DNA of 40,868 nucleotides from a virus (Duplodnaviria; Heunggongvirae; Uroviricota; Caudoviricetes): IMG/VR virus record IMGVR_UViG_2917875804_000004, positions 1 to 40,868 of that record; one strand, 5' to 3'. Shown piece by piece: positions 32,275 to 40,868 of this stretch (position 1 is its first letter; each line of letters starts with the position of its first letter). The notes under the pieces were generated by a model. It saw only the letters and a program-made list of their open reading frames with translations, ran no database searches and was not told where the DNA came from. The position numbers and the translations under genes were made by a program.

Positions 32275-32972
32275 TGCAGGGTATCCGGCAGGAAACACTG
32301 AATGAATGCACCCGTGCGGAGCAGTCGGCCAGCGTGGTGCTCTGGGAGATCGATCTGACAGAGGTCGGTGGAGAACGTTATTTTTTCTGTAATGAGCAGA
32401 ACGAAAAAGGTGAGCCGGTCACCTGGCAGGGGTGGCAGTATCAGGCGTATCCCATTCAGGGGAGCGGATTTGAAATGAACGGCAAAGGAGCCAGTGCCAG
32501 ACCAACACTGAAAGTATCTAATCTGCACGGTATGGTCACCGGTATGGCGGAGGATCTGCAGAGTCTGGTCGGCGGAACGGTGGTCCGGCGTAAGGTTTAC
32601 GCCCGTTTTCTGGATTCGGTGAACTTCGTCAACGGAAACAGTGACGCCGATCCGGAGCAGGAGGTGATCAGCCGCTGGCGCATCGAACAGTGCAGCGAAC
32701 TGAGCGCGGTCAGTGCCTCTTTTGTACTGTCCACACCGACGGAAACGGACGGCGCTGTTTTTCCGGGGCGCATCATGCTGGCCAACACCTGCACCTGGAC
32801 CTATCGCGGTGATGAGTGCGGTTATAACGGTCCGGCTGTCGCGGATGAATATGACCAGCCGACGTCCGATATCACGAAGGATAAATGCAGCAAATGCCTG
32901 AGTGGCTGTAAGTTTCGCAATAATGTCGGCAACTTTGGCGGCTTCCTTTCCATTAACAAACTTTCGCAGTAA
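32274..32972 (+). CDS. L: Tail tip protein L
   Basis: 232 aa, lambda L-like by memory. Confidence 0.9.
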   Translation: MQGIRQETLNECTRAEQSASVVLWEIDLTEVGGERYFFCNEQNEKGEPVTWQGWQYQAYPIQGSGFEMNGKGASARPTLKVSNLHGMVTGMAEDLQSLVGGTVVRRKVYARFLDSVNFVNGNSDADPEQEVISRWRIEQCSELSAVSASFVLSTPTETDGAVFPGRIMLANTCTWTYRGDECGYNGPAVADEYDQPTSDITKDKCSKCLSGCKFRNNVGNFGGFLSINKLSQ

Positions 32973-32977
32973 ATCCC

Positions 32978-33721
32978 ATGACAGAGACAGAATCAGCGAT
33001 TCTGGCGCACGCCCGGCGATGTGCGCCAGCGGAGTCGTGCGGCTTCGTGGTGAGAACGCCGGAGGGGGAAAGATATTTCCCCTGCGTGAATATCTCCGGT
33101 GAGCCGGAAGATTATTTCCGGATGTCGCCGGAGGACTGGCTGCAGGCAACACTGCACGGTGAGATTGTGGCGCTGGTCCACAGTCACCCCGGTGGTCTGC
33201 CCTGGCTGAGTGAGGCCGACAGGCGGCTGCAGGTGCAGAGTGATTTGCCGTGGTGGCTGGTCTGCCGGGGGGCGATTCATAAGTTCCGCTGTGTGCCGCA
33301 TCTCACCGGGCGGCGCTTTGAGCACGGGGTGACGGACTGTTACACGCTGTTCCGGGATGCTTATCATCTGGCGGGGATTGAGATGCCGGATTTTCACCGC
33401 GAGGATGACTGGTGGCGTAACGGTCAGAATCTCTATCTGGATAATCTGGAGGCCACAGGTCTGTATCAGGTGCCGTTGTCAGCGGCGCAGCCGGGCGATG
33501 TGCTGCTGTGCTGCTTTGGTTCATCGGTGCCGAATCATGCCGCCATTTACTGTGGTGACGGCGAGTTGCTGCACCATATTCCTGAACAACTGAGCAAACG
33601 AGAGAGGTATACCGACAAATGGCAGCGACGCACACACTCCCTCTGGCGTCACCGGGCATGGCACGCATCTGCCTTTACGGGGATTTGCAACGATTTGGCC
33701 GCCGCATCGACCTTCGTGTGA
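32978..33721 (+). CDS. K: Tail tip assembly protein K
   Basis: Lambda K-like product with JAB/NlpC-like Cys/His motifs; ORF overlaps the I start by about 100 nt. Confidence 0.8.
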   Translation: MTETESAILAHARRCAPAESCGFVVRTPEGERYFPCVNISGEPEDYFRMSPEDWLQATLHGEIVALVHSHPGGLPWLSEADRRLQVQSDLPWWLVCRGAIHKFRCVPHLTGRRFEHGVTDCYTLFRDAYHLAGIEMPDFHREDDWWRNGQNLYLDNLEATGLYQVPLSAAQPGDVLLCCFGSSVPNHAAIYCGDGELLHHIPEQLSKRERYTDKWQRRTHSLWRHRAWHASAFTGICNDLAAASTFV

Positions 33722-34260
33722 AAACGGGAGCCGAAGCCATCCGGGCGCTGGCCACGCAGCTACCGTCGTTTCGCCAGAAACTGAATGAGGGCTGGTATCA
33801 GGTGCGCATTGCCGGGCGTGATGCAGGCGAAACCGAATTATCTGCCCGTCTTAATGAGCCGCTGGCAAATGGTGCCGTGATCCACATTGTGCCGCGTCTG
33901 GCGGGAGCTAAAAGTGGCGGTGTTTTTCAGGCAGTGCTGGGTGCGGCGCTAATTGCTACGGCAATCTGGATGCCGGGGCTTAGTATTGTTGCAAGTAATC
34001 TCATGTTCTCTCTTGGGGCAGGTATGGTTTTAGGCGGTGTTGCGCAGATGCTGGCACCGAAAGCCAAAACGCCTAAAGTGTCAGCCACTGATAACGGTAA
34101 GCAAAATACCTATTTTTCCTCATTGGATAACATGGTTGCCCAGGGCAATGTCCTGCCTGTTCTGTACGGTGAAATGCGCGTGGGGTCACGTGTGGCATCT
34201 CAGGAGATCAGCACGGCAGATGAAGGGGATGGTGGTCAGGTTGTGGTAATTGGGCGGTAA
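33619..34260 (+). CDS. I: Tail tip assembly protein I
   Basis: 213 aa, lambda I-like by memory at both termini. Confidence 0.85.
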   Translation: MAATHTLPLASPGMARICLYGDLQRFGRRIDLRVKTGAEAIRALATQLPSFRQKLNEGWYQVRIAGRDAGETELSARLNEPLANGAVIHIVPRLAGAKSGGVFQAVLGAALIATAIWMPGLSIVASNLMFSLGAGMVLGGVAQMLAPKAKTPKVSATDNGKQNTYFSSLDNMVAQGNVLPVLYGEMRVGSRVASQEISTADEGDGGQVVVIGR

Positions 34261-34332
34261 TATTATTTACTCATGTTCTAACTGATTTAATATTTATATC
34301 GAACACTGATAATTATTCTGTTGGTTAGCTAT

Positions 34333-34651
34333 ATGAACAAAACGATTTTATTCTGCACGATTATTGCCTTAACAGGATGTAAATCTTTGGATTACGTAAA
34401 ATCCGGCAAGCCTGTAATGGAAGGTAATTCATTAAAAAAATATTGATGAATTGTCAGGCTGCATATCCAGACAATGGGCTGGTAATGGAACACCTATAAC
34501 ATCCATTCCTATTGAGAATGGGGTAAGCCTTTTAGTTCCACAGGCTATGGGTGGGTATGATGTTGTGCTTGATATCAAAAAAGCAGGAAATGGCAGTAGT
34601 TTTACTCTTTATGAACGCGTACCAGCATTAACGCCAAAAATTTTTTGCTGA
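34333..34651 (+). CDS. Lipoprotein moron between I and J (37-aa lipobox ORF 34333-34446 plus ORF 34451-34651; joined by a 1-nt deletion in A7 run 34434-34440); possibly Cor-like
   Basis: Signal peptide with lipobox LTGC; AT-rich insert with its own terminator in a slot that is empty in lambda. Confidence 0.4.
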
Positions 34652-34697
34652 TAGTGTTAATGCATGTAAATAATAGTTAATCCTGCCGTAACTCATG

Positions 34698-34725
34698 AGC
34701 CGCCTTTTGGGCGGCTTTGTTGTTT
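34698..34725 (+). terminator. Rho-independent terminator (AGCCGCC-TTTTG-GGCGGCT then T-rich) ending the moron
   Basis: 7-bp stem plus TTGTTGTTT directly upstream of the J SD. Confidence 0.55.
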
Positions 34726-34739
34726 ATGGAGTGTGAGGA

Positions 34740-37700
34740 ATGGGTAAAGGAAGCAGCAAGGGGCATACCCCGCGCGAAGCGAAGGACAACCTGAAATCCA
34801 CGCAGTTACTGAGTGTGATTGATGCCATCAGCGAAGGGCCGATTGAAGGCCCGGTGGATGGATTAAAAAGTGTGCTGCTGAACAGTACGCCGGTGCTGGA
34901 CAGTGAGGGGAATACCAACATCTCCGGCGTCACGGTGGTGTTCCGGGCAGGTGAGCAGGAGCAGTCACCGCCGGAGGGATTTGAATCCTCCGGCTCCGAG
35001 ACGGTACTGGGTACGGAAGTGAAATACGACACGCCGATCACCCGGACCATCACGTCTGCAAACATCGACCGTCTGCGCTTTACCTTCGGTGTGCAGGCAC
35101 TGGTGGAAACCACCTCAAAGGGGGACCGGAATCCGTCGGAAGTCCGCCTGCTGGTTCAGATACAGCGTAATGGTGGCTGGGTGACGGAAAAAGACATCAC
35201 CATTAAGGGTAAAACCACCTCGCAGTATCTGGCCTCGGTGGTGGTGGGTAACCTGCCGCCGCGCCCGTTCAACATCCGGATGCGCAGGATGACGCCGGAC
35301 AGCACCACAGACCAGCTGCAGAACAAAACGCTCTGGTCGTCATACACCGAAATCATCGATGTGAAACAGTGCTACCCGAACACGGCACTGGTCGGCGTAC
35401 AGGTGGATTCGGAACAGTTCGGCAGTCAGCAGGTGAGCCGTAATTATCATCTTCGCGGGCGCATTCTGCAGGTGCCGTCGAACTATAACCCGCAGACGCG
35501 GCAATACAGTGGTATCTGGGACGGAACGTTTAAGCCAGCATACAGCAACAACATGGCCTGGTGTCTGTGGGATATGCTGACCCACCCGCGCTACGGCATG
35601 GGGAAACGTCTTGGTGCGGCGGATGTGGACAAATGGGCGCTGTATGTCATCGGCCAGTATTGCGACCAGTCGGTGCCGGACGGTTTTGGCGGCACGGAGC
35701 CGCGCATCACCTGTAACGCTTACCTGACCACACAGCGTAAGGCGTGGGATGTTCTCAGTGATTTCTGCTCGGCGATGCGCTGTATGCCGGTATGGAACGG
35801 GCAGACGCTGACGTTCGTGCAGGACCGACCGTCGGATAAGGTGTGGACCTATAACCGCAGTAATGTGGTGATGCCGGATGATGGCGCGCCGTTCCGCTAC
35901 AGTTTCAGCGCCCTGAAGGACCGCCATAATGCCGTTGAGGTGAACTGGATTGATCCGGATAACGGCTGGGAAACGGCGACAGAGCTTGTGGAGGACACGC
36001 AGGCCATTGCCCGTTACGGTCGTAACGTCACGAAGATGGATGCCTTTGGCTGTACCAGCCGGGGGCAGGCACACCGCGCCGGGTTGTGGCTGATTAAAAC
36101 GGAGCTGCTGGAAACGCAGACCGTGGACTTCAGTGTGGGCGCAGAAGGGCTTCGCCATGTACCGGGCGATGTCATTGAAATCTGCGATGATGACTATGCG
36201 GGGATCAGCATCGGCGGGCGCGTGCTGGCGGTGAACAGCCAGACCCGGACGCTGAAGCTCGACCGTGAAATCACGCTGCCATCCTCCGGCACCACGCTGA
36301 TAAGCCTGATTGACGGGCAGGGGAGTCCGGTCAGCGTGGAGGTCCAGTCCGTCACCGACGGCGTGAAGGTAAAAGTGAGCCGTGTTCCTGACGGCGTTGC
36401 AGAATACAGCGTGTGGGGGCTGAAGCTGCCGACGCTGCGCCAACGCCTGTTCCGCTGCGTGAGTATCCGTGAGAACGATGACGGCACGTATGCCATCACC
36501 GCCGTGCAGCATGTGCCGGAGAAAGAGGCCATCGTGGATAACGGGGCGCACTTTGACGGCGACCAGAGCGGCACGGTGAATGGTGTCACGCCGCCAGCAG
36601 TGCAGCACCTGACCGCAGAAGTCACCGCAAATAGCGGGGAATACCAGGTGCTGGCGCGCTGGGATACGCCGAAGGTGGTGAAGGGTGTGAGCTTTATGCT
36701 TCGCCTGACCGTGGCAGCGGATGACAGCAGTGAGCGGCTGGTCAGCACGGCCCGGACGACGGAAACCACATACCGCTTCAGGCAGCTGGCGCTGGGAAAC
36801 TACAGGCTGACAGTCCGGGCGGCAAATGCCTGGGGGCAGCAGGGCGATCCGGCATCGGTATCGTTCCGGATTGCCGCACCGGCAGCGCCGTCGCGGATTG
36901 AGCTGACGCCGGGCTATTTTCAGATAACCGCCACGCCGCATCTTGCCGTTTATGATCCGACGGTACAGTTTGAGTTCTGGTTCTCGGAAAAGCGGATTGC
37001 GGATATCAGGCAGGTTGAAACCACAGCCCGCTATCTTGGCACGGCGCTGTACTGGATAGCCGCCAGTATCAATATCAAACCGGGCCATGATTATTATTTT
37101 TATATCCGCAGTGTGAACACCGTTGGCAAATCGGCATTTGTGGAGGCTGTCGGTCGGGCGAGCGATGATGCGGAAGGTTACCTGGATTTTTTCAAAGGCC
37201 AGATAACCGAATCCCATCTCGGCAAGGAGCTGCTGGAAAAAGTCGACCTGACGGAGGATAACGCCAGCAGACTGGATCAGTTTTCGAAAGAGTGGAAAGA
37301 CGCCAACGATAAATGGAATGCCATGTGGGGCGTCAAAATTGAGCAGACCAAAGACGGCAAACATTATGTCGCGGGGCTTGGCCTCAGCATGGAGGATACG
37401 GAGGAAGGCAAACTGAGCCAGTTCCTGGTTGCCGCTAACCGTATCGCGTTTATTGACCCGGCAAACGGGAATGAAACGCCGATGTTTGTGGCGCAGGGCA
37501 ACCAGATATTCATGAACGAAGTGTTCCTGAAGTATCTGACGGCTCCCACCATTACCAGCGGCGGCAATCCGCCGGTATTTTCCCTGACACCGGACGGGCG
37601 GCTGACGGCGAAAAATGCCGATATCAGCGGTAACGTGAATGCGAACTCCGGGACGCTCAACAACGTCACGATAAATGAGAACTGTACGATTAAGGGCATG

Positions 37701-38153
37701 CTGGAGGCGACCCAGGTCAGAGGTGACTTCGTTAAAGCTGTATCTAAGCCATTCCCGAAAAAAACTGGTTCGTGGGGCGATACGGAAACACCAGGCGGGA
37801 CGGTTACAGTCACCATTTACGATGATCATAACTTTGACCGCCAAATCATTATTCCGCCCATTATTTTTAACGGTATGGCGTATGACGATCCGGGGAGCGG
37901 TAATAACCCGGGAGGTACGCGATACACGGGTTATGGTTTTGAAGTTCGCAAAAACGGCGTATTAATCGCATCCAGAGAAACTAAAGGGGCCATTCCCGGT
38001 AGTTACAGTGCGGTTATTGATATGCCGAGTGGTGGTGGTAGCGTCACTCTGGAGTTTAAGATTTTCCAGAAAGGCAATCAGGGCGCAGGTAACATCACAG
38101 ACTGTACGGTGATTGTGACCAAAAAAGCTGCTTCCGGTATCAGTATCCGTTGA
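34740..38153 (+). CDS. J: Central tail fibre / host-specificity protein J
   Basis: 1137 aa, lambda J-like N-terminus and fibronectin-like repeats by memory. Confidence 0.95.
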   Translation: MGKGSSKGHTPREAKDNLKSTQLLSVIDAISEGPIEGPVDGLKSVLLNSTPVLDSEGNTNISGVTVVFRAGEQEQSPPEGFESSGSETVLGTEVKYDTPITRTITSANIDRLRFTFGVQALVETTSKGDRNPSEVRLLVQIQRNGGWVTEKDITIKGKTTSQYLASVVVGNLPPRPFNIRMRRMTPDSTTDQLQNKTLWSSYTEIIDVKQCYPNTALVGVQVDSEQFGSQQVSRNYHLRGRILQVPSNYNPQTRQYSGIWDGTFKPAYSNNMAWCLWDMLTHPRYGMGKRLGAADVDKWALYVIGQYCDQSVPDGFGGTEPRITCNAYLTTQRKAWDVLSDFCSAMRCMPVWNGQTLTFVQDRPSDKVWTYNRSNVVMPDDGAPFRYSFSALKDRHNAVEVNWIDPDNGWETATELVEDTQAIARYGRNVTKMDAFGCTSRGQAHRAGLWLIKTELLETQTVDFSVGAEGLRHVPGDVIEICDDDYAGISIGGRVLAVNSQTRTLKLDREITLPSSGTTLISLIDGQGSPVSVEVQSVTDGVKVKVSRVPDGVAEYSVWGLKLPTLRQRLFRCVSIRENDDGTYAITAVQHVPEKEAIVDNGAHFDGDQSGTVNGVTPPAVQHLTAEVTANSGEYQVLARWDTPKVVKGVSFMLRLTVAADDSSERLVSTARTTETTYRFRQLALGNYRLTVRAANAWGQQGDPASVSFRIAAPAAPSRIELTPGYFQITATPHLAVYDPTVQFEFWFSEKRIADIRQVETTARYLGTALYWIAASINIKPGHDYYFYIRSVNTVGKSAFVEAVGRASDDAEGYLDFFKGQITESHLGKELLEKVDLTEDNASRLDQFSKEWKDANDKWNAMWGVKIEQTKDGKHYVAGLGLSMEDTEEGKLSQFLVAANRIAFIDPANGNETPMFVAQGNQIFMNEVFLKYLTAPTITSGGNPPVFSLTPDGRLTAKNADISGNVNANSGTLNNVTINENCTIKGMLEATQVRGDFVKAVSKPFPKKTGSWGDTETPGGTVTVTIYDDHNFDRQIIIPPIIFNGMAYDDPGSGNNPGGTRYTGYGFEVRKNGVLIASRETKGAIPGSYSAVIDMPSGGGSVTLEFKIFQKGNQGAGNITDCTVIVTKKAASGISIR

Positions 38154-38173
38154 AATATTTATAACCCCAATAC

Positions 38174-38202
38174 GGGCGCCAGAAATGGCGCCTTTTTTAT
38201 TT
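38174..38202 (+). terminator. Rho-independent terminator (GGGCGCC-AGAAAT-GGCGCC then T6) after J
   Basis: Near-perfect stem plus T-run. Confidence 0.55.
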
Positions 38203-38213
38203 GTGGAGTGAGT

Positions 38214-40590
38214 ATGGCAGTACAGATTTCAGGTGTGCTGAAAGATGGTGCGGGAAAACCAATACAGAACTGCACTATTCAACTGAAGGCAAAGCGTAAC
38301 AGCACCACGGTACTGGTGAACACGGTAGCCTCTGAAAATCCGGATGAAGCCGGGCGTTACAGCATGGATGTTGAGTATGGCCAGTACAGCGTCACCCTGC
38401 TGGTTGAAGGTTTTCCGCCTTCACATGCCGGGACCATTACCGTCTATGAAGGTTCCAGACCAGGTACGCTGAATGATTTTCTCGGTGCCATGACGGAAGA
38501 TGATGTCATGCCGGAGGCATTGCGTCGTTTTGATGAAATGGTGGAAGAAGCGGCACGCAACGCTGAAGCCGCCTCTCAGAGCGCAGCGGCGGCAAAGAAA
38601 TCCGAAACTGCTGCGGCATCATCGAAGAACGCGGCGAAAACCTCAGAAACGAATGCAGCTAACAGCGCACAGGCGGCAGCGACCTCACAGACTGCATCGG
38701 CAAACTCCGCGACAGCAGCCAAAAAATCAGAAACCAACGCGAAAAATAGCGAAACAGCCGCAAAGACGAGCGAAACCAATGCAAAGTCCAGCCAGACGGC
38801 AGCGAAAACCAGCGAAACGAATGCCAAAGCCAGTGAAACTGCGGCGAAAAACAGCCAGGCTGCAGCAGCTGAAAGTGAGAGCGCGGCAGCCGGTTCTGCG
38901 ACTTCAGCGGCCGGATCAGCAACTGCTGCGGCTAACAGTCAGAAAGCAGCGAAGACGAGTGAAACTAACGCAAAGTCCAGCCAGACGGCAGCGAAGACCA
39001 GCGAAACGAATGCCAAAGCCAGCGAAACTGCGGCGAAAAACAGTCAGGATGCAGCAGCCCAAAGCGAGAGTGCCGCAGCTGGTTCTGCAAGCGCGGCGGC
39101 GGCTTCTGCCACTGCATCAGCCAACAGCCAAAAAGCAGCAAAAACCAGTGAAACCAACGCAAAGGCGAGCGAGACTACGGCGGCCAACTCGGCGAAAGCA
39201 TCCGCTGCAAGCCAGACCGCTGCAAAAGCAAGTGAAGACGCAGCCAGAGAGTATGCAAGCCAGGCAGCAGATCCGTATAAATATGTCTTACAGCCGCTGC
39301 CTGATGTGTGGATACCGTTTAACGATTCACTGGATATGATTACGGGCTTTTCGCCATCATATAAAAAGATTGTTATTGGTGACGACGAAATAACGATGCC
39401 TGGCGACAAGATTGTTAAGTTTAAACGTGCATCGAAAGCAACCTATATTAACAAATCTGGTGTGCTGACAGAGGCTGCCATTGATGAGCCACGATTTGAA
39501 CGTGATGGCCTGCTTATTGAGGGGCAAAGAACAAACTACATGCTCAATTCGGAAAACCCTGCCAGTTGGGGGCGATCGTCAAATATGGATGTTCCCGAAA
39601 CCGGGAAGGATAGTTTTGGTTTTACCTATGGAAAGTTTGTCTGTAACGATTCTCTGATTGGGCAAACCTCAGCCATTAATATGGCATCAATTGCTGCAAC
39701 AAAGTCAGTTGATGTCTCAGGCGATAATAAATACGTGACAACCTCATGTCGTTTTAAAACAGAACTGCAGGTAAGGTTGCGTATCCGGTTTGATAAATAT
39801 GACGGTAGCGCAACAACTTTTCTTGGTGATGCGTATATTGATACACAAACGCTTGAAATTAATATGACAGGCGGCGCTGCCTCAAGGATTACAGCGAGAG
39901 TCAGAAAGGACGAAGCTACCGGATGGATTTTTGCAGAGGCAACAATTCAGGCAATTGATGGGGAGTTAAAAATAGGTTCTCAGATACAGTATTCTCCTAA
40001 GCAGGGCGGGGCAACCGTATCTGGTGACTATATTTATCTGGCCACCCCACAAGTAGAAAATGGGCCTTGTGTATCATCTTTTATTATATCAGGAACGACG
40101 GCGGCGACCCGCGCAAGCGATATAGTTACAGTTCCAATTAAGAATAATCTTTATAATCTTCCTTTTACGGTTCTTTGTGAGGTACATAAGAACTGGTATA
40201 AAAACGCCAAATGCAGCGCCGCGTGTTTTTGACACCGGCGGTCATCAAACCGGAGCGGCTATTATTCTTGGCTTCGGTTCTTCAGCAGATTACGACGGAT
40301 TTCCTTATTGCGATATTGGAGGAGCTAACAGACGGGTAAACGAAAACGCATTGCTTGAAAAAATGATTATGGGGATGCGTGTAAAGTCAGATCAGTCTAC
40401 GTGCTCAGTAAGTAACGGGCGTATATCCAGCGAAACAAAAACCACATGGTCATATATTCAGAACTCCGCAATTATCCGTATTGGAGGCCAGACTACAGCC
40501 GGTTTACGCCATTTATTTGGTCATGTCAGGAATTTCAGAATATGGCATAAAGAATTAACTGATGCGCAAATGGGGGAGAGTATTAAATGA
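38214..40590 (+). pseudogene. stf: Side tail fibre Stf; frame break near A5 run 40200-40204 separates the 674-aa body (to 40232) from a 137-aa C-terminal ORF (40177-40590)
   Basis: N-terminus matches lambda Stf by memory; repetitive AAKTSETNAK segment; C-terminal ORF reads as continuation if one base is removed. Confidence 0.8.
38560..39240 (+). repeat. Intragenic tandem direct repeats in stf (about 120-bp units near 38784 and 38970, plus shorter degenerate copies)
   Basis: Near-identical DNA stretches encoding AAKTSETNAKASETAAKNSQ; by eye. Confidence 0.6.
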
Positions 40591-40868
40591 AAGATTTAAC
40601 ACTCAAATTTGAAGACAGGGCCGACTTTTCGGCCTTTATGGATAGCACTGGCTATTATGATGACGAGTCGATGCAGGATGATATTCTCATTGACGTGATA
40701 GGTAACGTGTACAAAGAAACCGGAGAACTGACTGAAGATGGCGAACCGGTATGTGTTAAGGAAGACGGATATTTTGTAAACGTGCGCATCATTAATGATT
40801 CGCAAATATCGTCATTATTCGATGAATACGCGGTTGTTGTTGAGCATCAACTTCGTGGCTGGATGTGA
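40587..40868 (+). CDS. Acidic protein downstream of stf, possibly tail fibre assembly chaperone; ORF open at window end
   Basis: Position immediately after stf with ATGA overlap; not lambda Tfa-like by memory. Confidence 0.4.
   Translation: MKDLTLKFEDRADFSAFMDSTGYYDDESMQDDILIDVIGNVYKETGELTEDGEPVCVKEDGYFVNVRIINDSQISSLFDEYAVVVEHQLRGWM

Noticed and set aside
33619-33721. About 100-nt overlap between K and I as a possible additional frame break
   Set aside because: Both ORFs are intact with lambda-like termini and no homopolymer sits at the junction; I cannot verify the lambda K length from memory, so this is treated as a natural overlap.
35340-37844. 834-aa minus-strand ORF antisense to J, and other long antisense ORFs within structural genes (e.g. 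19614-20381, 20709-21371, 23448-23939)
   Set aside because: They lie entirely inside well-supported lambda-like genes on the opposite strand and have R/P/H-rich, low-complexity translations; typical antisense open frames in GC-rich coding DNA.
38560-39240. Possible CRISPR-like array suggested by regularly spaced repeats
   Set aside because: Repeats are in-frame coding repeats of the tail fibre with unequal, homologous spacers; no leader and no cas genes.
38500-39339. 279-aa Arg/Pro/Gln-rich ORF in an alternative frame of stf, plus minus-strand ORFs 38576-39409
   Set aside because: Produced by the alanine-rich repeat region of stf read out of frame; no start signals.

Overview
The window is an almost complete mosaic lambdoid prophage, read from its int end towards its tail-fibre end; both prophage ends lie outside the window. 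Calls rest on reading the ORF translations against remembered lambda, P22 and phage 21 proteins; no database search was run. Modules in order: int/xis and an accessory early-left region on the minus strand (recT, Gp157-like, kil-like, cIII-like, ral, N); a P22-type immunity and replication block (c2 repressor, cro, c1, O-like initiator, DnaB-like helicase); lambda-type nin genes and Q; PR-prime/tR-prime followed by two tRNA genes; a phage-21-type lysis cassette (S21 pinholin, SAR endolysin, Rz/Rz1); cos; and a lambda-type head and tail module (nu1, A, W, B, C, D, E, FI, FII, Z, U, V, G/T, H, M, L, K, I, J, stf, partial downstream ORF). The most unusual item is a 1.2-kb low-GC cargo cassette near int bounded by ~120-bp inverted repeats. 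Other accessory loci are a lipoprotein moron between I and J, a cluster of small membrane proteins after the helicase, and an unknown gene in the bor slot. Several conserved genes (int, nu1, B, stf and others) are broken at homopolymer runs; this pattern looks more like sequence error than real gene decay, so the prophage may be intact. Non-coding coordinates are hand-counted and may be off by a few bases.
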